Assembly (NCBI GenBank): GCA_963722265.1
Contig: CAVRKR010000005.1
Location: forward strand, 93,010-157,009
Origin: an uncultured Alphaproteobacteria bacterium
GTDB taxonomy: Bacteria > Pseudomonadota > Alphaproteobacteria > Rhizobiales > Xanthobacteraceae
DNA length: 64,000 nucleotides
Reading direction: 5' to 3'
In this document: piece by piece, positions 23,982 to 33,054 of the stretch
Layout: each line of letters starts with the position of its first letter
Position numbering within the stretch: position 1 is the first letter of the stretch
Notes under the pieces: model-generated
Seen by the model: only the letters and a program-made list of their open reading frames with translations
Databases searched by the model: none
What the model was told of the DNA's origin: nothing
Made by a program: the position numbers and the translations under genes

Positions 23982-26250
23982 TCAGGCGGCTACATGCCGC
24001 GCGGCGGCAAGGCCCGCAAGCGCGTCGGCAAGCTTCTCCCGATCGAGCGGCTTGATCAGAAAGCCGTCCATGCCTGCCTCGAAGCAGGCATAGCGATCTT
24101 CCACCAGCGTATTGGCGGTCAAGGCTAGGATCGGGGTCTTGCGGCCACCCTGGGCGGCCTCGCGGGCGCGGATGCGCTTGGTGGTTTCGATGCCGTCGAG
24201 GCCCGGCATCTGGATATCCATCAGCACCAGATCATAGGGCGTGCCGGCGGAATTCGCCGACAGCCAGGATTCCAGCGCCTCTTCGCCATTGGTGGTGATG
24301 ACGACCTGATGCCCAAGCCGGGTCAGCAGCGAACGCATCAGGAGCGCATTGATCTCGTTGTCTTCGGCCACCAGCACCGAAAGGCCGCGCGTGGCTGCGG
24401 CGGGCGCGGTTTCGGCGGGCCCGGGTTGGTCGAGCAGAGCCTCGCCCGCAAGATCCGGCGCGGCGATTTCCGGCGCCGACATGAGGCGGGCGGCAAGCGA
24501 AGCCGCGCGCAACGGCTTGACCAGATAACCGGTCAGGGGCGATGACGGTGGAAGCTCGTGCCGCGTCGCCGGCGTGAACATGACGATCCGTTGCGTGGCG
24601 TAGAATTGCGCGGCCGACGCCAGCGATTCGACTTCGTCCGCGCCCAGGGCATGATCGAGCAGGACCGCGTGCCAGGTTGCGTTCCGGCAGCAAGAGCGCG
24701 CGCCACCTCGGCATCCGAAACCACACAGGTCTGGCCGCCCCAGCGATGCAAGCCGCCGCGCGATCAGGGACGCCTCGATGCTCTGCGGCGCGACCAGCAT
24801 GATCGACTGGCCGGCGAGATCCGGTGCGGCGAAAGTCGGCCGTTCGCCCTCGCCGGCGGCCGCGAGCGGAATCGCCACCTCGAAGGTCGAGCCGACGCCG
24901 GGTTTGCTTTCCAGCGTGATGCGGCCGCCCATTCGCTTGACGATGCGCTCGGAGATGCTCAAGCCGAGGCCGGTGCCGCCATAGCTGCGGGCGATCTTCT
25001 CGTCGGCCTGTTCGAATTCGCGGAAAATCCGCTGCTGGGCTTCCGCCGCAATGCCGATGCCGGTGTCGCGCACCAGGAAGCTGATTTCATTGGGCCAGAT
25101 GCCGGGCTCGACGATCAGCGCCACGCCGCCGGTCGCGGTGAATTTGATCGCATTGCCGGCGAGGTTCAGCAGCACCTGGCGCAGCCGCGCGGCATCGCCG
25201 ATCACATGCGCCGGCAGGCGTTCGTCGACATAGGCGGCGATCTCGAGCTTGCGCGCCTGTGCCCGCGGCGCCAGCAGTTCGGTGATATCCTCGATCAGCG
25301 CCGCGAGCGCGAACGGGCGCGATGTTCGAGGTCGATCTTGCCGGCCTCGATCTTGGAATAATCCAGCAGCTCTTCGATCAAGGCGAGCAGCGCGTCGCCG
25401 GAAGTCTTCACCGCCTTGGCGTAGGTCATCTGCTCAGGCGTCAGCGGCGTATCGAGCAGCAGAGCCGCTCATGCCGATGATGCCGTTTCAGCGGAGTGCG
25501 GATTTCGTGGCTTGCCATCGCGAGGAAACGCGACTTGGCGCGATTGGCGGCGTCGGCCTGGTCGCGCGCCTCGGCGAGCGCGCGCTCGGTCTCGGTTCGG
25601 TCGGTGACGTCGCGGCCGACGCATTGCATTTCGGCCGGCGCGCCCGCATCGAAGCGGACCAGTCCTTCGCGCCATGCGATCCACCGCGGTCCGAGCACGG
25701 TTTCGATCTTCTGGTCGTGAATCCGCGTGCCGTTCGGCTCGAGCGCACTGTCGCCCTGCTCGATCACGCCGAACTGAAATCGGCTGCCGATCAGCGCGGC
25801 ACGCGGCTTTTTGGCGAGTTCGCAATAGGCGTCGTTGACGAAGGTGATCGCGCCTTCGGCATCGCGCAGCACGATCAGATCGCCCTGCGATTCGAACAGG
25901 CTGCGGGCGCGCTCTTCGGCTTCCTTCAATTCCCAATTGCGATCGACCAGCGCCTCATTATGCAGCGCGATCTTGCGGAGTTTCCTGCGCAGGAAACGCA
26001 GCCGCATGCTCATCGTGGCGAGGGCGAGGCAGGCGAGCGCGAACAGGAAGCTCGCGCCGATCGCGAAGTTATTGGGGTCATAGCCGGAATCCTCGGACCG
26101 GCTGCCGGCGATGAACCCATACGCACCGCCAAAGGTGGCGGAGAAGATCATGAGCGAACGGATGGAGATCAGGATCCAGGGATGACGCCGCGAGAAGCGG
26201 CGCAAGCTCAATTTGATCCTGACCATCCGCCCCATCACCGGTCGCCCCAA
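23982..26250 (-). CDS. Membrane PAS hybrid histidine kinase (TM-PAS-HisKA-HATPase-degenerate REC-REC); ~6 apparent indels
   Basis: SHEIRTPL, LLNLAGNAIKFT, DTGIG, GGTGLGL, VLVAEDN, LMDIQMP, ALTAN; frame breaks at ~25487, 25463, 25320, 24750, 24693, 24678. Confidence 0.85.
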
Positions 26251-26397
26251 GGGTTACGTCACGCGTTGCGTCACGCCAGGCTAATGCAGTTGTCGGGCTG
26301 CCCCGGCGCTACGTCATTGGTTGGCGATGAAGATGCGGTTACGACCTTGCAAAGTGCTTGAGGCAATGTGGCCTCATATTGTCCACTGAGAACATGG

Positions 26398-26412
26398 TTA
26401 ATAAAGGGTTAA
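26398..26412. promoter_or_regulatory. CtrA-binding site
   Basis: Exact TTAA-TAAAGGG-TTAA (TTAA-N7-TTAA) ~150 bp upstream of the hybrid kinase. Confidence 0.65.
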
Positions 26413-26606
26413 GGCCGCTCGCCGCGGCTGGAAGGCGCGCCAGGATCACAAGCTGACAAGCTAAAGCGAGGCGGCTCGGCTGGATTGACGTCCGCCGCCA
26501 GCGCCGACGACGAGCGCTGCCGCGTCGTGCAACGAGAACCGCTTCGAGCGGACGAAGATGCGGTAGTCGGCGGGACCCTCATGCGACAGGTAGATGACGG
26601 GCGCGG

Positions 26607-26867
26607 CTTCAACAAATCGCCCGGCGCGTAAGGCGGCCGCCCCGTCGCTTCCGCCTCAACCTTGGAAAATCCCAATTGCGCCAAATCCAGCGTCTCGACA
26701 AAGGCGTCGATAACCCGAAACGGATCATCGGCCGCAATCACTTCGTCCAGAACTTCGGGAAACAGCGCCGTTTGGTACCGCGATTGCCCCGTCACGTGTG
26801 CCATCCCGCCCCCCGAATCAAATACCCACTCAGGGCTAACTCACAAAGGTGGTTTTCACACGACCTG
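26607..26867 (-). mobile_element. IS1182-family remnant (one end plus 5' ~66 codons of transposase)
   Basis: MAHVTGQSRYQTALFP...VIDAFV...GRPPYAPGDLLK resembles the N-terminus of the intact IS1182 transposase; terminus CAGGTCGTGTGAAAACC. Confidence 0.8.
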
Positions 26868-26935
26868 GTGCGCGGGGACGACGAATAGAGTAGGTTGCGC
26901 AACGCCTTCACATTTCAAACAGCCCGTGCGGCTCC

Positions 26936-27374
26936 CAGCCACACCCTCGCGATCTCGCAGCGCAGATACGCCCGAGTTGTCCCTGAACCTTTCGCCCCGA
27001 ACTGAGAGGCGCAGGGAATGCCGGGCGCTCGACGCGCCCGCAGCCTTGTGTGCGAAATGAAAAAGCACACAAGCATAATCACCACGGTCACACCGGTTTC
27101 ACCCGGCATTCCCCGCGCGATGGTTTTAACGGTTTCCTTCGTACTCTCCCCGGTGACCGGGCTTGTTTGCCACCGTCGCTTGCGGATCATCACCCGCAAA
27201 CTTGACGCCAGCGTCGGGGCGCCAGGACCACACGACTTCGCCGTCCGCCTCCAGCGCGCTTCGTCGTTGCGCGCCGTCGGCGTCCATCGCATCCCAAGCC
27301 CAACGTTCGTGACGATCGCGAAACGTCCCTCTTGTGGGCGGGACGGGGCAGCTTGTAGAGATGATTTGCCCGAC
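26936..27374. repeat. Long palindromic intergenic repeat (MITE-like), left part, interrupted by IS1182
   Basis: Nested inverted repeats, e.g. GGGAATGCCGGG/CCCGGCATTCCC; TGATTTGCCCGACG pairs with CGTCGGGCAAATCA at 29104-29117; resembles a repeat I recall from Bradyrhizobium genomes. Confidence 0.6.
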
Positions 27375-29062
27375 GAGACTGAGCAAGAATTACGGTCGTT
27401 TTCGGGAGTTGATGTACGATTCGTTTCATGACGAATCACACATTCAAGTCCGGCGAGAGCCGAGAGCAGGCTAGCCTCCTTCCGCGCCGGATTGAGGACT
27501 ATGTGGGGCCGGACAATCCGGTGCGAGCGATCGAGAGCTTTGTTTGTGCTCTCGATCTAGCGAAGCTGGGGTTCCGCCATGCGGATCGTGGCGTTGAGGT
27601 GGGACAGCCGCCCTACGATCCAGCCGATCTGTTGAAGCTCTATCTTTACGGCTACATCAACCAGATCAGGTCGTCGCGGCGGCTGGAGCGGGAAGCCTGC
27701 CGCAATCTGGAACTGATCTGGCTATTGAAGAACCTGAGGCCGGGCTATCGGACGGTCGCCAACTTCCGCAAGGAGAACTGGCATGCGCTGAAGGCGACGA
27801 ACCGCAATTTCGTGCTGCTGGTTCGCGAGCTTGGCCTTGTCGGCGGCACTGTTGTAGCGATCGACGGCTCGTTCTTTCATGGCGACGCCAGCAAGGCGAG
27901 CATTTTTACGCGCAGAAGACTTGCCGAACAGATCACAAAGCTGGACCAGGAGATCGAAGCTTACGGCCGGTCACTTGAAGACAATGATGCGGCGGAGGCC
28001 AGGGACCGAACCAACGATCGTCCTGACGGTCCGGGCGTTGGCGGGAGCGGAGATGGCGGCGATCTTGGCGCGAAGGTCGCGGCGCTGATGGCCAAGCGCT
28101 CGCGCGCGCAGGCCGATCTAGCTCGGCTTGATGAGAGCGGCGAGACGCAGCAGTCGCTGACCGATCCGGACGCCCGGCTTCTGGTCAAGAACGGTCAGGC
28201 TGTAGCAGGTTACAATGTGCAGGTCGCCGTCGACGACAAGCACAAGCTCATCGTCGCCAGCGAGGTGGTGAACGACAGCAGCGATGTCGGTCAGCTCCAT
28301 GCGATGGCGAAAGCGGCAAAGGAGGCTCTCGACGCCAAGACGCTGCAGGCGCTCGCCGATGAGGGCTATTACAGCAGTTCTGAACTGAAGGCGTGCGAGG
28401 ACGACGGCATCAAAGCCTATGTGCCAGCGTCAGAAGGCAATGGCCGGCTCGAGAAGCAGGGCCGCTTTGGCCTCAAGAGCTTCAGCTATGACGCGGCAGC
28501 CGATGCCTACACTTGTCCCGCCGGCCAGCTGCTGCATCGGATGAAGGGAAGTTGGAAGAACGTCAGCGGCCGTATCGAGAACCGTTATGCTGGCCGCAAG
28601 GCGATCTGCCGAGCGTGCCCGCTACAGGCCCGTTGTCTCTCTCCGAAGGCCGCCACCCGGACCATCGGTCGCTGGGAACACGAAGACGTTCTGGAACGTC
28701 ATCGCGCGCGGATGCAAGGCGCAGGCGAGCTGATGCGCCGTCGTTCGGGGATTGTCGAGCATCCCTTTGGCACGCTCAAGTGCCGCGCCGGCTATCGCCA
28801 CTTTCTCGTTCGCGGCTTCGACAAGGTTCGCGGCGAATGGAGCTTGATGGCACTCTGCTACAACTTCACCCGCGTGCTCAATATCCTCGGGTTCGAGGGA
28901 TTTGTGGCCCGCATCGCAAAGTTCCTCTTATGGCTCCAATGCGCTCTCAAAGACGCCCTGCAGTGCATTCGGATCGTTCTGGAGCCATGCCGAACACACA
29001 TCGAGCCACTGTTCGCAATCGGCCGCCCCGCACCTCGATAGAAACAATTCTTGCTCAGTCTC
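27375..29062 (+). mobile_element. Complete IS1182-family insertion sequence
   Basis: Perfect 17-bp IRs GAGACTGAGCAAGAATT/AATTCTTGCTCAGTCTC; flanking direct repeat GAC (or CGACG if the IR is 16 bp). Confidence 0.93.
27428..29041 (+). CDS. IS1182-family transposase
   Basis: SSRRLEREAC, AIDGSFF, SLTDPDAR, YNVQ, ADEGY, RRRSGIVEHPFG. Confidence 0.95.
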   Translation: MTNHTFKSGESREQASLLPRRIEDYVGPDNPVRAIESFVCALDLAKLGFRHADRGVEVGQPPYDPADLLKLYLYGYINQIRSSRRLEREACRNLELIWLLKNLRPGYRTVANFRKENWHALKATNRNFVLLVRELGLVGGTVVAIDGSFFHGDASKASIFTRRRLAEQITKLDQEIEAYGRSLEDNDAAEARDRTNDRPDGPGVGGSGDGGDLGAKVAALMAKRSRAQADLARLDESGETQQSLTDPDARLLVKNGQAVAGYNVQVAVDDKHKLIVASEVVNDSSDVGQLHAMAKAAKEALDAKTLQALADEGYYSSSELKACEDDGIKAYVPASEGNGRLEKQGRFGLKSFSYDAAADAYTCPAGQLLHRMKGSWKNVSGRIENRYAGRKAICRACPLQARCLSPKAATRTIGRWEHEDVLERHRARMQGAGELMRRRSGIVEHPFGTLKCRAGYRHFLVRGFDKVRGEWSLMALCYNFTRVLNILGFEGFVARIAKFLLWLQCALKDALQCIRIVLEPCRTHIEPLFAIGRPAPR

Positions 29063-29065
29063 GAC

Positions 29066-29117
29066 GTGGAAAGCGGAATATTTTTTTGCGAAGGGACTGG
29101 ACCCGTCGGGCAAATCA
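29066..29117. repeat. Right-hand remainder of the palindromic repeat split by IS1182
   Basis: Ends in CGTCGGGCAAATCA, reverse complement of 27362-27375. Confidence 0.65.
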
Positions 29118-29121
29118 ATGC

Positions 29122-30662
29122 TCACGCCGCGCGCCGGACATCCTCGGCGAGCGCGCGGTAGGACAAGGATTCGGCCAGATGCAGCCGCGTGATCATCTCC
29201 GCGCCGTCGAGGTCGGCCAGCGTTCGCGCCACCCGCAGCACGCGATGATAGCCGCGCGCCGACAGCCGCATGGTCTCGGACGCCTCGCGCAACAGTTTTT
29301 GGCCCTGCGCGTCGGGCTGCGCGACGCTCTCGAGCACCGAAGCCGGCGCTTCGGCATTGGTGCGGATATTCTTCGATAACCCAATTGCGGCATAACGCGC
29401 GGTCTGCACGTCGCGCGCCGCGGCCACGCGGGCCGCCACTTCGGCTGAGCCTTCCGCCGGCGGCGGCAGGATTAAATCGGCGGCGGTCACCGCCGGAACT
29501 TCAATACGCAAATCGATGCGGTCCATCAGCGGACCTGAGATGCGGGTCTGATAATCCGAGGTGCAGCGATCGATCCGCCCGCGCTTGCAGGAAAAGCCGG
29601 GCTCGAAGGCGTGGCCGCAGCGGCAGGGGTTCATGGCGGCGACCAGCATGAAACGCGCTGGGTACGTGACGCGGTGATTGGCGCGGGACACCGCGACCTC
29701 GCCGTTTTCGAGCGGCTGGCGCAGCGAATCCAGCACGCGCGGATCGAACTCCGGCAATTCGTCGAGGAACAGCACGCCCTGGTGGGCGAGCGAAATCTCG
29801 CCGGGTCTGGCGCGCAAACCCCCGCCGGTCAGCGCCGCCATGCTCGCGGAATGATGCGGGCTGCGGAACGGCCGCCGCGCGGTCAAGGCGCCGTCGCGGA
29901 TCTCGCCCGCCACCGACGCGATCATCGATACTTCGAGCAGCTCCGAGGGCGATAGCGGCGGCAGGATCGAGGGCAGCCGGGCCGCCAGCATCGACTTGCC
30001 GGCGCCGGGCGAGCCCATCATAACATATGATGCCCGCCGGCGGCCGCGATCTCGAGCGCGCGCTTGGCGCTCTCCTGGCCCTTGATGTCGCGCAGATCGA
30101 GCTGCGTCGTCTCCTGCGCATGCACCTTTGGCGAAGGGCGCGACAGCACCTGCGTGCCCTTGAAGTGGTTGGCGATCTGGATCAGCGAATTCGCCGCCAC
30201 GATCTGGATATCCGGGCTCGCCCAGGCCGCTTCCGCACCGCACGAGGCGGGACAGATCAGCCCCTCGTCGCGGGCGTTCGCCCCGATCGCCGCCGGCAAC
30301 ACCCCCGCGACGGCTGCGATCGATCCGTCCAGCCCGAGCTCGCCGAGCACGGTGAAACCAGAGAGCGCGTCGGGCGGGATCGCGCCGATCGCCGCCATCG
30401 GTCCGAGCGCGATCGGCAGATCGTAATGACTGCCTTCCTTGGGCAAATCGGCCGGTGCGAGATTGACGGTGATTCGCCGCGCGGGCAGCGCAAGGCCAGA
30501 GGCGATCAGCGCCGATCGTACGCGCTCTCGTGCCTCCGACACCGCCTTGTCGGGAAGGCCGACGATGGCAAAGGCCGGCAAACCAGGCGCGACCGGCACC
30601 TGCACGTCGACGGCCCGGGCCTCGATGCCCTCAAAAGCGACGGTGGAAACCCGCTGGACCAT
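29122..30662 (-). CDS. comM: YifB/ComM Mg-chelatase-like AAA+ ATPase (apparent frameshift at ~30022)
   Basis: IVGLPDKAVSEARERV, NLAPADLPKEGSHYDL, GSPGAGKS, PFRSPHH, LFLDELPEF, AMNPCRCG. Confidence 0.92.
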
Positions 30663-30885
30663 GCAGCCCCTCTCTCCCGCAATCCAAGGTAGCGGAAGGC
30701 GGCGGGAAGGGGTGATTATAACCTTGACAAAGCAAGAACAAAGTATTGATAATGCCGCTGTTTCGGCTGATTCGTTGGCTGAAACTGGCGCGCCCGTAGA
30801 ATCTGGCCTTGAGGTCGCTGCTGTTAGCTGGCCCCTAAGGCTAGGTGATTCGATTGTAATGCCTTGGGGAGAAGAGAAGATAGCA

Positions 30886-31524
30886 TCACGGGGATTTGGC
30901 TATCAGAACGTGCGCGTGGCGTGTCTCAGCACGAAGTAGGGTTGCGAGTATGTGCGTTTTCTTGTCTGCGGATGAAATCAGGTGCTCTTGAAGGAGGTTC
31001 AGAATTTTCTGTCCTAGTTCAATTGCCGGTTCGAGCTTGACCACTAATTGAGTTCCATGAGCAGCAAACAAATCCTCGGCAGAGCCGCGATGGACAAAGT
31101 TTCCACTTCGCTTCCAAAGCTTTATCAACTCAGCCTTGGAGAGTGATGGGGCGGTGTAATCAGTCAGGTGTAATCCCCCACTTGGCAGGATTTGCGTTCG
31201 AACCGGCCGAGGATAAAATTCTGGATTGAGTTTCTCCATTTCCTTCATAATGGCCGGAATGTCCCAGCGCTTCAGCGTGTCGCGCTTTTTGATGTCGCCG
31301 TGGGCTACAAGACAGCCGAGTGCGACGATTTCACAAAGCGTCCGGAGTTGCAGATAGACAAATTCTTGTAGAATTCTCGGGAACCAAGAATTTCGATCAT
31401 TTATAGCGTCGCGCATCATATGGATACGGATTCTTGCCTCCTCCATAAGGTCAACATATATCTGCTGACCTGGTGTTGGCGGTGGCCCGAAAAACAGCTG
31501 TGACGGAATAACTTGATCAGACAA
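30886..31524 (-). CDS. IS passenger protein, unknown function (possibly HEPN-like)
   Basis: 212-aa ORF with lower GC than core genes; motifs YLQLRTLCE and KRSGNFVH. Confidence 0.7.
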   Translation of the reverse strand: MSDQVIPSQLFFGPPPTPGQQIYVDLMEEARIRIHMMRDAINDRNSWFPRILQEFVYLQLRTLCEIVALGCLVAHGDIKKRDTLKRWDIPAIMKEMEKLNPEFYPRPVRTQILPSGGLHLTDYTAPSLSKAELIKLWKRSGNFVHRGSAEDLFAAHGTQLVVKLEPAIELGQKILNLLQEHLISSADKKTHILATLLRAETRHAHVLIAKSP

Positions 31525-31689
31525 TCGAAAATCGCTCCAGAATTAGAATTGCATTCCGACGCATGGGAGCGCTTTGAGCGCGCCGCTGGCGTGGTTGCTA
31601 AAAGCCCGCCGCAGCATCGCAAGAGAAAAAAAGCCAAGGCGAAGAAAACGGGCCGCGTTCGGAAAACTAGAGTCTCGTCAAGTACTTGA
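31513..31689 (+). CDS. Small basic 58-aa protein (IS passenger)
   Basis: Hand translation MIRQSKIAPELELHSDAWERFERAAGVVAKSPPQHRKRKKAKAKKTGRVRKTRVSSST; TTG start, weak GGA RBS. Confidence 0.5.
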   Translation: MIRQSKIAPELELHSDAWERFERAAGVVAKSPPQHRKRKKAKAKKTGRVRKTRVSSST

Positions 31690-31780
31690 GTCAATTCAAG
31701 TTTTTAGTTGTCGAACTGACTCGCATATGAGAGAGTTGATTCGGCGGTGGTGACAGCTGCCGCCCAACTAGCCTACTTCT

Positions 31781-31897
31781 TTACTTACAAGTGCCTTTGC
31801 GGATGGGTTTTGGCGTGGACCTCGTGTGCGGTGTGACCCGTACAGTCTTCGGTCCCGGCTTACCCTTCCGCTCGGGCCTGCATTCGATTTTCGACAT
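31781..31897 (-). CDS. Small basic 38-aa peptide (IS passenger)
   Basis: MSKIECRPERKGKPGPKTVRVTPHTRSTPKPIRKGTCK; strong RBS AAGGAG 7 nt before ATG. Confidence 0.55.
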   Translation of the reverse strand: MSKIECRPERKGKPGPKTVRVTPHTRSTPKPIRKGTCK

Positions 31898-31911
31898 GCT
31901 GGTTCTCCTTG

Positions 31912-31989
31912 CGTGAGTTCGTTGGGATTGGCCCCAACGGCCTTCGGGCCGGATTGCCCGCTGTTAAAGGCAATCTTCCGAAGTTCACG
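31912..31989 (+). ncRNA. Candidate structured RNA (four-way junction)
   Basis: Three adjacent hairpins (GTTGGG/CCCAAC; GGCC-TTCG-GGCC; GATTGCC/GGCAATC) closed by CGTGAG/TTCACG. Confidence 0.4.
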
Positions 31990-32109
31990 AAAAGAAGCGA
32001 CAGCCGTCACCGAATCGGATTCAAAGACAGCAACCTCAGCGAGTCAACAGCGGCGCTGTTGACTCAGACGTTGTTTTTCTTCCAGCGCAGGAAACGTTTT
32101 GCTTGACGC

Positions 32110-33054
32110 TTAAAACGGCGCTGCTTGGTTCTTGCAGTTAGGCCGTCGATAGGTGAGTCGCTTGCCCTTGATGCCAGTCGCCAGCAACGCGGCGCGGGTC
32201 GCATCGTCAACGCCCAATGCGGTGCGGTTCGAATAGCGGAAGTCAAACTCAGCCAAGTAGCGGTGCAGATGTTTTTCGGAGCAATGCTGGTAGACGCCCT
32301 TTATGCCGCGCTTGAAGATTGAGTAGTAGCCCTCAACCGTGTTTGTGGTGATGTCGTCACGGACGTATTCTTTCTGACTATGGTTGACCGTATCATGGCT
32401 AAAGAAATGGCCGCCAAGTTGCTGATACCAGACACCCTCATCGGTATTGACGATGGTTTCTTTCTTGACGTTCTCGCGCACGATCTTGGTGACTTCGTTG
32501 AGCGTAGTGGCGTCGATATGGAAGCTGCGCGCTGATCCGCCGCGTTCCACAAGCGTCATGACGATATTACGGAAAGCCGGTCCGGGCTTGCGGCGCCCCT
32601 TGGGTGAGCCTGCCAGCTTGCCGATATAGGTTTCATCCGCTTCCACAACCTTGCCAGAGCCGCCCATGGGCGAAAGGCTGGCGGGGCGCATGGCCTCACG
32701 CAGGCGATGCATCATGAACCACGTCGATTTGTAGCTGATGCCGAGCATGCGGTGGACTTGATGGGCGCTAACGCCCTTCTTTGAAGCCGTCATCAGGAAC
32801 AGCGCGGCCAGCCACTTCGATAGAGGGATTTTGGAGCGCTCAAAGACGGTGCCGACCGTGACCGTGAACTGCTCTCGGCATTCGGCACACTGGTAGAGGC
32901 CGGGACGGTGGGCTTTGCCCTGTAGGGCCGTGATCTTGTCCTGATCGGCATTGCCGCAATGCGGGCAATTCGGCCCATGCGGCCAAACCCGAGCCTCAAG
33001 CCATTTGCGGGCCTTTGTTTCGTCTAGGAAAATCGGGTTTTGCAGGTTCGACAT
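32110..33054 (-). CDS. IS1595-family (ISXO2-like) transposase
   Basis: Zn ribbon CPHC...CAEC, HTH, VEADETYIG, NTDE, TVNH, NTVEG, RYLAEFDFR. Confidence 0.95.
   Translation of the reverse strand: MSNLQNPIFLDETKARKWLEARVWPHGPNCPHCGNADQDKITALQGKAHRPGLYQCAECREQFTVTVGTVFERSKIPLSKWLAALFLMTASKKGVSAHQVHRMLGISYKSTWFMMHRLREAMRPASLSPMGGSGKVVEADETYIGKLAGSPKGRRKPGPAFRNIVMTLVERGGSARSFHIDATTLNEVTKIVRENVKKETIVNTDEGVWYQQLGGHFFSHDTVNHSQKEYVRDDITTNTVEGYYSIFKRGIKGVYQHCSEKHLHRYLAEFDFRYSNRTALGVDDATRAALLATGIKGKRLTYRRPNCKNQAAPF

Noticed and set aside
26409-26606. C-terminal half of the 131-aa ORF
   Set aside because: Read-through from the truncated transposase into unrelated sequence; no recognisable domain
26915-27439. 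Several overlapping ORFs of 79-174 aa
   Set aside because: They lie within the palindromic repeat and show no RBS or recognisable motif
31912-31989. tRNA gene
   Set aside because: Cloverleaf-like, but lacks a T-loop GTTC in position, D-loop GG, a 7-nt anticodon loop and a CCA end
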